Source: an uncultured Rhodospirillaceae bacterium (GTDB lineage Bacteria > Pseudomonadota > Alphaproteobacteria > UBA9219). From it: DNA of 64,000 nt. This document shows positions 41,220-50,227 of the stretch, one piece after another. The notes beneath the pieces are model-generated. The model did not search any database and was not told where the DNA came from. It was given only the letters and a program-made list of their open reading frames with translations. The stretch covers positions 54,969 to 118,968 of the forward strand of contig CAZFCA010000001.1 in NCBI GenBank assembly GCA_964517415.1, given 5' to 3'. The translations under genes and the position numbers were made by a program. The first letter of the stretch is position 1. Each line of letters starts with the position of its first letter.

Positions 41220-41972
41220 ATGCCTGAAATCCTTTCTGCGCGGAATCTGAAAGAGCTGCCTTTTGTCCGTCACGCCTTTTTCACGCGCGCGTGGGGAGAT
41301 GTGTGCTTTGCGGGAGGCGGCATGCCGCCCCATGCCTTGGAAACCCGCGCGCGCATGGCGGCGCATTTGGATATCGAAGCTCAACATTTTTTGTTCTGCC
41401 GACAAGTCCACTCGCCCGACGTCGTGACGGTCGCAAAGGCTTGGGAGCCGGAAAACGCCCCCATGGCCGACGCGATGGTGACGGATAAGCCCTTTCTCGC
41501 GCTTGGCGTTCTGACGGCGGATTGTGTGCCGGTTTTGCTTTCGGCGCAAGACGGTGCGGTTATCGGCGCAGCGCATGCGGGTTGGCGCGGCGCGCTTTCG
41601 GGCATTTTGGAAAATACGCTTGCGGCGATGGAAAAGCTGGGCGCAAAACGTGGGGATATTCGCGCGGCGCTTGGCCCCAGCATCGCGCAGGAATCTTACG
41701 AAGTCAGGCCCGAATTCCCCGCGCCGTTCATCGCGGAAAACGCGGATAATCAAAAATTTTTTATTCCCGCCAATAGGGCAGGGTATTACCAATTCGATTT
41801 AAAAGGATATGTGGCGGCGAAATTGCGCGGATTGGGCGCAGGCTCAGCAGAAATCATATCCGCCGATACCTGCGCCGATCCGAAACGTTTTTACAGCCAC
41901 CGCCATGCTATCCTTGGCGGCAAAAAGAAAAACGAAGGGAGATTGGTGTCAGCCCTTGCAAAGATCGTGTAA
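41220..41972 (+). CDS. pgeF: Peptidoglycan editing factor PgeF (YfiH / DUF152 laccase-domain protein)
   Basis: QVHSPDVV, ADAMVTDKP, LTADCVPVLL and AHAGWRG conserved motifs. Confidence 0.85.
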   Translation: MPEILSARNLKELPFVRHAFFTRAWGDVCFAGGGMPPHALETRARMAAHLDIEAQHFLFCRQVHSPDVVTVAKAWEPENAPMADAMVTDKPFLALGVLTADCVPVLLSAQDGAVIGAAHAGWRGALSGILENTLAAMEKLGAKRGDIRAALGPSIAQESYEVRPEFPAPFIAENADNQKFFIPANRAGYYQFDLKGYVAAKLRGLGAGSAEIISADTCADPKRFYSHRHAILGGKKKNEGRLVSALAKIV

Positions 41973-42368
41973 AGAACGTGGGTATCCCTTCTTATATAAA
42001 GGATCAAGGGGTCCTCTAAGGGCAGCAGTTGCAGCCAGAGGATCGTATGGAAGTCCATCTTCTTTCCATTCTATACATTTCGTAGCCATATTGGCTTTTT
42101 CCTTCAGGTATTGGTCGTCAAGCACTTCCGCTGTACGCTTAAGAATTTCATATATATGTTCTCCATATGTGGTTTTGGTTGGTAAAAGCGTAACCTGATT
42201 TTGTTTAGGGAAGGAACTGTCTGTATTGGTTTTCGGGTAATCCGTTCTGTGGGCATCGAATTCCAATACCACTAATTCTCTTGCCATTTTGGCAAAGCTA
42301 TTATTTCTATTTACACGATTGCTTTTTATTGTGGCTCTTTTTTCCACATGGTGTAGATTCAGTACCAT
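41949..42368 (-). CDS. Hypothetical protein in AT-rich islet, overlaps pgeF 3' end
   Basis: 139 aa, about 40% GC, no homolog recognised. Confidence 0.3.
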   Translation of the reverse strand: MVLNLHHVEKRATIKSNRVNRNNSFAKMARELVVLEFDAHRTDYPKTNTDSSFPKQNQVTLLPTKTTYGEHIYEILKRTAEVLDDQYLKEKANMATKCIEWKEDGLPYDPLAATAALRGPLDPLYKKGYPRSLHDLCKG

Positions 42369-42628
42369 TTTATTCTCCGTTAGTGTTTTTCTCGAAAAAG
42401 GCTATCTCCCACAGTCATCCGGGCCTTCGCCTACAATGAGGTGAATATTGTTCATCTCACCATGATTTGTCTATAACCGGATGCGCATTAAACAATATTT
42501 TATTGCCGAAAATGCGCCTTTTCAAAAAAAAGCAGTTTTATTTCGGTTAATTCGGGTCAGATTAATACCTTGAATAAAAGAGGCGGGTATGCTCAAAAAC
42601 AGCCCACAAAACGCGCTTTGGACAATCA

Positions 42629-44431
42629 ATGACGGCTCAATCCCATATTCGCAACTTTTCGATCATTGCCCATATCGACCATGGCAAGTCCACGCTCGCG
42701 GATAGGTTGATTCAGACTTGCGGCGCTGTCGAAGCGCGCGAAATGCGCGAGCAAATGCTCGATAACATGGATATCGAGCGCGAGCGCGGCATTACGATCA
42801 AAGCTCAAACTGTGCGCCTGACTTACAAGGCGAAAGACGGGGAAACGTATCAGCTTAATTTGATGGATACGCCCGGGCATGTGGACTTCGCCTACGAAGT
42901 CAGCCGTTCGCTGGCGGCTTGCGAGGGGTCTATTTTGGTGGTGGACGCCTCGCAGGGCGTCGAAGCGCAAACGCTCGCCAATGTTTATCAGGCGCTCGAC
43001 AACAACCACGAAATTATTCCCGTTTTAAACAAAATCGACTTGCCGGCCGCCGAGCCGGAGCGCGTGAAACAGCAGATCGAAGACGTTATTGGCCTCGACG
43101 CTTCGGACGCCATTCCCATTTCCGCAAAGACCGGCCTTGGCGTATCGGACGTTCTGGAAGCCATCGTTACGCGCTTGCCGCCGCCCAAGGGGAATGTTGA
43201 CGCGCCGCTTAAGGCCTTGCTTGTCGATAGCTGGTACGACGCTTATCTGGGCGTCGTGGTTCTTGTGCGCGTTGTGGACGGCGCGATCAGGAAGGGACAA
43301 AAAATCCGCTTCATGGTTACGGGCGCGGTGCGCGATATCGACCGCGTCGGCATTTTTACGCCCAAGAAAATCGAAACCGGCGAATTGAAGGCTGGCGAAA
43401 TCGGCTTTATCACGGCTGGCATCAAGCAAATCAGCGACACGAAAGTAGGCGATACGATCACGGACGATAAAAATCCGGCCGCTTGTCTTTTGCCCGGATT
43501 CAAGCCTTCCGTTCCGGTGGTGTTTTGCGGCCTCTTTCCCGTAGACGCCAACGATTTCGAGCATCTACGCGAATCCTTGGGCAAGCTCGCGCTTAACGAC
43601 GCCAGCTTTATGTTCGAGCCGGAAAGCTCGGTCGCTTTGGGCTTCGGTTTTCGCTGCGGCTTTTTAGGGCTGCTGCATTTGGAGATTATTCAAGAACGGC
43701 TTGAGCGCGAATTTAATCTGAATCTCATCACCACTGCGCCGTCGGTTATCTACAAGGTGCATTTAACCGACCAAACGGTTAAGGAGCTGCACAATCCCGC
43801 CGACATGCCCGACCCCGTGCGCATCGAGCGCATCGAAGAGCCGTGGATCAAGGCCACCATTTTAACGCCGGACGATTATCTGGGCGGCATTTTGGCTTTG
43901 TGCAACGACAGGCGCGGCGAGCAGGTGGAGCTGACTTACGTCGGCGCGCGCGCGATGCTGGTTTATAAACTGCCGTTGAACGAAGTGGTGTTCGATTTCT
44001 ACGACCGATTGAAATCCATCAGCCGCGGGTACGCCAGTTTTGATTACGCGCTGGACGCCTATCGCGAAGGCGATTTGGTGAAAATGTCCATTCTTGTGAA
44101 TGCCGAGCCTGTGGACGCTCTTTCGATTATCGTCCACCGCGCCAACGCCGAAAAGCGCGGGCACATGCTGTGCGAGCGTTTGAAGGATTTGATCCCGAGG
44201 CATTTGTTTAAAATCGCGATTCAAGCGTCGATTGGCAGCCGTGTCATCGCGCGGGAAACCATCTCGGCCATGCGTAAGGACGTGACCGCGAAATGCTATG
44301 GCGGCGATATTTCCCGAAAGCGCAAACTGCTTGAAAAGCAGAAAGAAGGCAAAAAGCGCATGCGCCAGTTCGGGCAGGTCGAAATTCCCCAAACGGCCTT
44401 CATCGCAGCCTTAAAGATGGACGATAAGTAA
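42629..44431 (+). CDS. lepA: Elongation factor 4 (LepA)
   Basis: [21 protein letters not shown], 600 aa, colinear with LepA. Confidence 0.95.
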   Translation: MTAQSHIRNFSIIAHIDHGKSTLADRLIQTCGAVEAREMREQMLDNMDIERERGITIKAQTVRLTYKAKDGETYQLNLMDTPGHVDFAYEVSRSLAACEGSILVVDASQGVEAQTLANVYQALDNNHEIIPVLNKIDLPAAEPERVKQQIEDVIGLDASDAIPISAKTGLGVSDVLEAIVTRLPPPKGNVDAPLKALLVDSWYDAYLGVVVLVRVVDGAIRKGQKIRFMVTGAVRDIDRVGIFTPKKIETGELKAGEIGFITAGIKQISDTKVGDTITDDKNPAACLLPGFKPSVPVVFCGLFPVDANDFEHLRESLGKLALNDASFMFEPESSVALGFGFRCGFLGLLHLEIIQERLEREFNLNLITTAPSVIYKVHLTDQTVKELHNPADMPDPVRIERIEEPWIKATILTPDDYLGGILALCNDRRGEQVELTYVGARAMLVYKLPLNEVVFDFYDRLKSISRGYASFDYALDAYREGDLVKMSILVNAEPVDALSIIVHRANAEKRGHMLCERLKDLIPRHLFKIAIQASIGSRVIARETISAMRKDVTAKCYGGDISRKRKLLEKQKEGKKRMRQFGQVEIPQTAFIAALKMDDK

Positions 44432-44521
44432 GACAGATGCCAGAAGACAGATGTCAGATAACAAGGCATAGGAAAGCAGTTTTTCAGTATCAAAAAAATC
44501 CTTCTGAAGCGCATCAGCCAT

Positions 44522-44736
44522 TAATACTGGCGTCATCCCCGCGAAAGCGGGGATCCAGGCTGACTTTCCACAAGAACAATCCGTCCAGAATTCATCCCTC
44601 ACTTCCCCCCATCATTCTGGACAATTTGCGCGTCAATACCACAAGAAATGTCAGCGCGGATTATTCGCGTCGTAATTGTTATTCCCGAATTCTATCCGCC
44701 ATTTCTTTTGATAGTCAGCCTGGATTCCCGCTTGCG
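44522..44736. repeat. MITE-like composite: two REP units in inverted orientation (44522-44555 and 44703-44736) flanking about 147 bp that also occurs near 18985
   Basis: CGTCATCCCCGCGAAAGCGGGGATCCAGGCTGAC ... GTCAGCCTGGATTCCCGCTTGCGCGGGAATGACG. Internal AATGTCAGCGCGGATTATTC shared with 18981-19004. Confidence 0.65.
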
Positions 44737-44858
44737 CGGGAATGACGCCGGTTATTATTGCGGCGATAGTTTGCCCGAGGATGATGCCCAATTTATGGCT
44801 GATGCGCTTCAGAAGGATTTGTGTCCCTTATAACTGATCACTGATCACTGATTGCTGC

Positions 44859-45851
44859 CTAACAATACCCTTCCGCCTTAAACCACGCGATGGCGTCGGC
44901 AAGGGCGTCGCGGGCGGGGCGGAATGTGTATCCCAATTCACGCTGTGCCTTCGATGACGAGAAGTACATTTTCTTTTCCGACATGCGCAGGGCGTCCAAC
45001 GTCAGCATCGGCTGCCATCCAGTCGCCCGGGCGATCATTTCCATGACAAATGCGACCGGATAAAGCGGCGCGCGCGGAATCCTGATTTTCGGCGCGCGCC
45101 TTCCTTGAAGATCGGCGACGGTCGCCATGATTTCGCCAAGCGGCATATTCGCGCCGCCGAGGATGTACTTGTCGCCGATTTTGCCTTTTTCAAGCGCGAG
45201 CCAGTGGCCGTGCGCCACATCGTCCACATGGACAACGTTTAATCCCGTATCTACATAAGCGGGCATTTTCCCGCCCGCCGCGTCGAGGATAACGCGGCCT
45301 GTGGGAGTCGGCTTGATGTCGCGCGGCCCAATGGGCGTCGACGGATTGACGATGACGGCCGGCAGTTTGTGATGCGTAATCAGGCGATAAATTTCCTTTT
45401 CGGCAAGGTATTTCGACTGCTTATACGCGCCGACCATATCTTCATAATGGACGGGGGAATCTTCGTTCGAAGGCGTGCCGTCCTTGTTCAGCCCGAGCGT
45501 GGCGACGGAGCTTGTGTAGACCACGCGCTCCACCCCCGCCGCCACGGCGGAAAGCATCAACGCGCAGGTGCCTTCGATGTTCACGCGGTTCATGTGCGCT
45601 GCGTTTGGAACCCAGATTCGGTAATCCGCTGCGACATGGAAAAGATTCCTGCATCCTTTGAGTGCCCCGCGATAGCTTTCAGGTTTTTCCAAATCGCCTT
45701 CGATAATTTCGACATCAAGTCCTTTCAGATTGCGACGGTCGTTCCCCGGGCGCGAAAGGACTCGCAGGGCATGGCCTTTAGACAAAAGCACTCGGGCTAC
45801 TGCGGCGCCGACAAAACCGGTCGCACCGGTGAGGAATGTGGTTTCGGTCAT
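44859..45851 (-). CDS. hpnA: NAD-dependent epimerase/dehydratase, HpnA-like (hopanoid-associated sugar epimerase)
   Basis: FLTGATGFVGAAVARVLLSKGHALRVL and YxxxK (YKQSK) extended-SDR motifs. 330 aa. Confidence 0.6.
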   Translation of the reverse strand: MTETTFLTGATGFVGAAVARVLLSKGHALRVLSRPGNDRRNLKGLDVEIIEGDLEKPESYRGALKGCRNLFHVAADYRIWVPNAAHMNRVNIEGTCALMLSAVAAGVERVVYTSSVATLGLNKDGTPSNEDSPVHYEDMVGAYKQSKYLAEKEIYRLITHHKLPAVIVNPSTPIGPRDIKPTPTGRVILDAAGGKMPAYVDTGLNVVHVDDVAHGHWLALEKGKIGDKYILGGANMPLGEIMATVADLQGRRAPKIRIPRAPLYPVAFVMEMIARATGWQPMLTLDALRMSEKKMYFSSSKAQRELGYTFRPARDALADAIAWFKAEGYC

Positions 45852-45853
45852 TA

Positions 45854-46357
45854 TTATCCTCGGCCTTTTCTAGGTTGCGCGACTTTGGCGCCGACGCGGA
45901 CGGGGCGTTCGGCGAAGCCGCCAAGGCTTATCATGCGGTCGTAGATGACGATGGCTCCGGCGATGCCGACGTTGACGCAGAATTTTGTCGGGATTTTCAC
46001 AATATGGTCGCAGCGCTTGACCATTTCGGGGGAAAGGCTGCCTTTTTCAGGCCCCAGCACATACGCGGCGCGCAACGGGTGGCGGAAGCTGGGCATATCG
46101 ATGGAGTCGTCGATCAGTTCCACGCCTACAAGAGAGCAGTCTTTCGGCAACGTGAATTCTTCGATGCTTTTATATGCATAGAAGGGCAGGTGAATGTCGG
46201 CGTGGGAGGTGTCGGTCGATTTGATTTCGGCATAGTTCACCGATGCGCCGACCGTAAAGAAAAAACTCGCGCCGAAAGCGTGCGAGGTGCGCACAAGGTT
46301 GCCGAGGTTGAAGCCTTTGTTGATGCCTTCCGCGCCGATGGCGAAATAACCGCGCAT
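45854..46357 (-). CDS. SpoU/TrmH-family RNA 2'-O-methyltransferase (TrmL-like)
   Basis: MRGYFAIGAEGINKGFNLGNLVRTSHAFGA SPOUT N-terminus and C-terminal knot motifs. Confidence 0.7.
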   Translation of the reverse strand: MRGYFAIGAEGINKGFNLGNLVRTSHAFGASFFFTVGASVNYAEIKSTDTSHADIHLPFYAYKSIEEFTLPKDCSLVGVELIDDSIDMPSFRHPLRAAYVLGPEKGSLSPEMVKRCDHIVKIPTKFCVNVGIAGAIVIYDRMISLGGFAERPVRVGAKVAQPRKGRG

Positions 46358-46534
46358 TATTCTATGTCTCCTTTTTGACCCCTCACATGCAAGGGAAGAG
46401 GAAAGATGATATTTATCTGGAAAATCGCATGTTTCACGGGAATAGCCAAGAATAAAGCGGCTTTATAAATACGGAAAATATTTTCTGGATTAACGGGATG
46501 CCATGCATTAGAAAGCGCTTCCTGAAGGAAGGAT

Positions 46535-46560
46535 GGATCTCCGCTTTCACGGGGATGACG
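46535..46560. repeat. Degenerate REP unit GGATCTCCGCTTTCACGGGGATGACG
   Basis: Direct read. Confidence 0.5.
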
Positions 46561-46603
46561 CTCTTTTGGATGCAGTTACATAAATAGGTTAAGGAGCATA
46601 AGC

Positions 46604-46870
46604 ATGCCACAGGCAGCAAAGGCAAAAGAGGAAGTAGGCGGTATTTCAGGAGAAAGATTGCGCACGATCATTCAGCGCATCGAACGGCTGGAAGAGGACA
46701 AGGCAGCCGTTGGCGAGGATTTGAAGGAAGTCTACGCTGAAGCCAAAGGCGTCGGTTATGATACCAAAATTATTCGTAAAATCGTGAGTTTGCGCAAAAT
46801 CGAGATCGACAAGCGCCGCGAGACCGAGGAGCTTCTGGATCTCTATATGTCCGCCATCGGCATGGAGTAA
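46604..46870 (+). CDS. gapR: Nucleoid-associated protein GapR (DUF2312)
   Basis: LRTIIQRIERLEEDKAAVGEDLKEVYAEAKGVGYDTKIIRKIVSLRK matches GapR. Confidence 0.8.
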   Translation: MPQAAKAKEEVGGISGERLRTIIQRIERLEEDKAAVGEDLKEVYAEAKGVGYDTKIIRKIVSLRKIEIDKRRETEELLDLYMSAIGME

Positions 46871-46872
46871 AT

Positions 46873-47661
46873 TTGTCCTTCGCGCTTTCCAAAATTCTTT
46901 GGGCGGTCGTCGCGCCAGGAACGATGCTTACCCTTTTGCTGGGCGTCGGCTTGCTTTCCATGGCGTTTCGCCCGCTTGCGAAATTCGGAAAACGCCTATG
47001 CTTTTTGGTCTTCCTTTGCTTCGCTTCGATTGCGGTGTTGCCCGTGGGTAACTGGGCTTTAGCGCCGCTTGAAAATCGCTTTGCTTTCGATCCGCCCGAG
47101 CATATCGACGGCGTTATCGTCTTGGGTGGCGATGAAAGAACGGACATCACCGCCGCGCGGAGCTATCCGGTTGCGCTGGATTCCATGAGAAGGTTCGCGA
47201 CATTCGGCGATATGGCCAAGCGCTATCCCGACGCGAAGCTGGTTTATGCCGGAGGTTCAGGTCTTTTAAATCCCGACAAGACGCTGCTGGAGGCCGATGT
47301 AGCCAGCCTGATCATGGCTCAGATGGGCATTCCGGTCGAGCGGGTTATTTTTGAAAAAGAGTCCCGCAATACTTTTGAAAACGCCGTTTTCTCTGCCGCT
47401 CTCGTCAAGCCCGAAACGAACGAAAACTGGCTTCTGGTCACCAGCGCGTGGCACATGCCTCGCGCGATGGGCTGTTTCCGTCAAGCGGGCTGGAACATTT
47501 ATCCTGTTCCTACGGGTTATTTTACGACAGGAGATTACCGCTTTTCCTTTCTTTTCCGCTTTGACGAGCAAATACGCGCTTTAAGCTATGCAAAGCGTGA
47601 GTATATTGGCCTTATCGCTTACTGGCTGATGGGCAGAACAGACGCCTTGTGGCCCCAGTAA
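46873..47661 (+). CDS. YdcF/ElyC (DUF218) family membrane protein
   Basis: DGVIVLGGDE ... VTSAWHMPRA DUF218 motifs with N-terminal TM helices. Confidence 0.75.
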   Translation: MSFALSKILWAVVAPGTMLTLLLGVGLLSMAFRPLAKFGKRLCFLVFLCFASIAVLPVGNWALAPLENRFAFDPPEHIDGVIVLGGDERTDITAARSYPVALDSMRRFATFGDMAKRYPDAKLVYAGGSGLLNPDKTLLEADVASLIMAQMGIPVERVIFEKESRNTFENAVFSAALVKPETNENWLLVTSAWHMPRAMGCFRQAGWNIYPVPTGYFTTGDYRFSFLFRFDEQIRALSYAKREYIGLIAYWLMGRTDALWPQ

Positions 47662-47697
47662 GAATTCCTTTAGGTTTTCGATCTAGAACAAACGAAT

Positions 47698-47723
47698 GGG
47701 ATGCCCGCTGATCCGGGCATGAC
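47698..47723. repeat. REP variant GGATGCCCGCTGATCCGGGCATGACG
   Basis: Direct read. Overlaps the 5' end of the ORF-track extension of mltB. Confidence 0.5.
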
Positions 47724-47766
47724 GGGGGAAATCGGGATGCCCTTCATTTGGGAAAACAGAAAAACA

Positions 47767-48771
47767 ATGAGCAGACGGCAAGGCGCTTGCAAGTTAATTT
47801 CTTTGTCCGCCGCTATTATGGTTTTTGTCACTGCGTGTGCTTCGGCGACGCCTTTAAGGACGGCGCCGAATGCGTCATGGCTGCAGCAGCTTCAGCAGCA
47901 GGCGATCAGCGAGGGCGTATCGCCGGCGGTCGTTCACGAAGCGCTTGATAACTTCAGGCCTAATCCGCGCGTGATCGAGCTTGACCAAAGGCAACCGGAA
48001 AGCACCATTACTTATGACACCTACAAGCAAAGAACCGTCACAGCCAGCCGCATTCGCAAGGGCGCGGAATTGGCGCGTCTTTATGCCCTCCCTCTGGCCG
48101 AAATTGAAGCGCGCACGGGCGTGCCGCCGCAAGTCGTCGTCGCGCTGTGGGGAATCGAAAGCAGCTACGGCGAAAACCCTGGCAATTTCGAGGTCATCAA
48201 TTCGCTGGCGACGCTGGCTTATGAAGGGCGCCGGTCGTCGCTCTTCCGCAAAGAGCTGATCAATGCTTTGAAGATTCTGGAGCGCGAGAACATGACCGCC
48301 GATCAATTGCGCGGCTCGTGGGCGGGGGCGATGGGGCAATGCCAGTTCATGCCCTCGACGTATTTGAGATACGCCTACGACTCTCGGGGCGACGGCAAAA
48401 GCGACATTTGGAACGACCCGATGGATGTTCTGGGCTCTATCGCGAATTACCTCGCTGCAGAGGGGTGGAAACGCGGCCAGCCTTGGGGCTATGAAGTGAG
48501 AGGGCAGGTGCCTTTGTCAGAAGTGGGCATGGAGCAGAAACGTCCCGTTCACCAGTGGGCTTCGATGAATTTGGTTTCCAAGGTCGGCATGGCGTTGCCG
48601 CATAGCGATCATCAGGCTTCGCTTGTCCAGCCCGGCGGGCAGGAGGGCCCCAGCTTCCTTGTTTACGACAACACGCGCGCGCTGATGCGCTGGAATCGCT
48701 CCACCTATTTTGCCGTTTCCGTTGGCCTTTTGGCGGACGGCATTAAGGACGGGGCACAAATGGGGCGGTAG
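47767..48771 (+). CDS. mltB: Lytic murein transglycosylase (MltB family), probable lipoprotein
   Basis: VVVALWGIESSYGENPG and CQFMPSTY motifs. Lipobox VTAC. Confidence 0.8.
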   Translation: MSRRQGACKLISLSAAIMVFVTACASATPLRTAPNASWLQQLQQQAISEGVSPAVVHEALDNFRPNPRVIELDQRQPESTITYDTYKQRTVTASRIRKGAELARLYALPLAEIEARTGVPPQVVVALWGIESSYGENPGNFEVINSLATLAYEGRRSSLFRKELINALKILERENMTADQLRGSWAGAMGQCQFMPSTYLRYAYDSRGDGKSDIWNDPMDVLGSIANYLAAEGWKRGQPWGYEVRGQVPLSEVGMEQKRPVHQWASMNLVSKVGMALPHSDHQASLVQPGGQEGPSFLVYDNTRALMRWNRSTYFAVSVGLLADGIKDGAQMGR

Positions 48772-48899
48772 AGCGCGGATTCTATCAAATCCAGACTTAT
48801 TACGCTTTTGCTGAGTCTGCCCTAACCCCAGCCCCCAGCCCCTTAATTTTTGTTAATAAATATGGTGTAGCCTGATCGCCCATCATGGAGGCATGAGTA

Positions 48900-49553
48900 A
48901 TGTCATATCGCGCCGTTCGATCTTCTTGCCGCCGCCTTGGCTTTACGCTGGTCGAGGTCGCGATTGTGCTTGGCATCTGCGGGTTGCTTATATTCGGGGT
49001 TTATTCCGCTATGAGCTCGTCGCGCAGTTCGCACATAGCGGAGGAAGTGACAACCAATCTTGGCCAAGTCGTCGACAACGTGCGCAATTATTACGCGCGC
49101 GGCGGCTCAAGCGACAGCGTCACCGGCAGTAACTGTACCGCCGCTGGTGCGAATACCAGCTTTGAGGAGCTTAATTTTGCCACCGGAATTTTTCCTCAGC
49201 ATATGAAAAAATTGTTTGAGGATAATATAGTAGACGTCGGTGTTTGCGACCTTCCGGCCGGAACGCCGCGTGTCTTTGTGCATTATGCGCGAATTCCTTC
49301 GTACGCCTGCCATAATGTCGTTGTGGCGGCTTCTTTCGCGGGCGTGGATATGGAGCTTTCCAAGGTCGTCGTCTTCGGGGATGCGACAAGCACGTTTTTT
49401 ATCGACGAGGCGGTGGGCACATCACTTCCGGCAAATGTCGATGCGGATTCCAGGCATATCAAGATCAATTCGCCGTTGCTCTTTGAATCGTGCCCAAATG
49501 ATCCCGCGAACGCCTTTCTGACGATAGATTTCTATTACAAATTGAGGCCATGA
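48900..49553 (+). CDS. Type IV pilin-like / pseudopilin protein with prepilin N-terminal motif G|FTLVEVAIVLGI
   Basis: Class III signal: Gly-1, Glu+5 and a hydrophobic alpha1 helix. 217 aa. Confidence 0.6.
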   Translation: MSYRAVRSSCRRLGFTLVEVAIVLGICGLLIFGVYSAMSSSRSSHIAEEVTTNLGQVVDNVRNYYARGGSSDSVTGSNCTAAGANTSFEELNFATGIFPQHMKKLFEDNIVDVGVCDLPAGTPRVFVHYARIPSYACHNVVVAASFAGVDMELSKVVVFGDATSTFFIDEAVGTSLPANVDADSRHIKINSPLLFESCPNDPANAFLTIDFYYKLRP

Positions 49554-49554
49554 C

Positions 49555-50205
49555 ATGAGAGCCGAAAAATTCAAAAAAGGCTACACGCTTGCGGAAATGG
49601 CAATTGTGCTTGCCGTGGCAGGGTTTCTTACGGCGAGTATCTGGGCGGCGGCTTCGTCGGCGCGGGCAAGCAAAAGAATCGCGCAAACCTCTCAGCAGAT
49701 CATGACCGTGGTGCAGCGGACGCGGGATTATTATTTAGGAGCGCAAACAATCGAAGGGGCTGCATTTCAAGATCTCATTGTTCCCCTTTTCCAGAGAGAC
49801 GTTTTCCCTGCCGAAATGAAAGCCAGATGCGGGGGGGCTTTGTGTCTCAATTCCGCCGTTTCGGCCGATCCGACCGGCGCTTTCAGGATGAGAACGGGGC
49901 AAACAAATAGCCACTTCAGAATAATTTTGATTTCTTTGTCGCGGGAGGAGTGTGTCAATCTATTGTCTAATGCAGTGAATTTCCGCGACCAAACCCTTGG
50001 CGTCGATGGCATATGCGTCGGCACGTCCGTTAACCGTTGTATTGCTGATACAAATTTGGGCACTAATCCTTGGCGCTTGATCGACTCGACCACAACGCCC
50101 GGTGTTCGTTCCATCGCGGGCGGAGAGACGGTGATGGGCATGTGCGGCGCGCTGCCGGATAATAATTTAAATCAAGTCGGCTGGGACTTCAATTTGCGGA
50201 AATAG
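49555..50205 (+). CDS. Type IV pilin-like / pseudopilin protein with prepilin N-terminal motif G|YTLAEMAIVLAVAG
   Basis: Class III signal as above. 216 aa. Starts 2 bp after the previous pilin-like gene. Confidence 0.6.
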   Translation: MRAEKFKKGYTLAEMAIVLAVAGFLTASIWAAASSARASKRIAQTSQQIMTVVQRTRDYYLGAQTIEGAAFQDLIVPLFQRDVFPAEMKARCGGALCLNSAVSADPTGAFRMRTGQTNSHFRIILISLSREECVNLLSNAVNFRDQTLGVDGICVGTSVNRCIADTNLGTNPWRLIDSTTTPGVRSIAGGETVMGMCGALPDNNLNQVGWDFNLRK

Positions 50206-50227
50206 CGCCGCCCGCTGCGCTAAAAAT

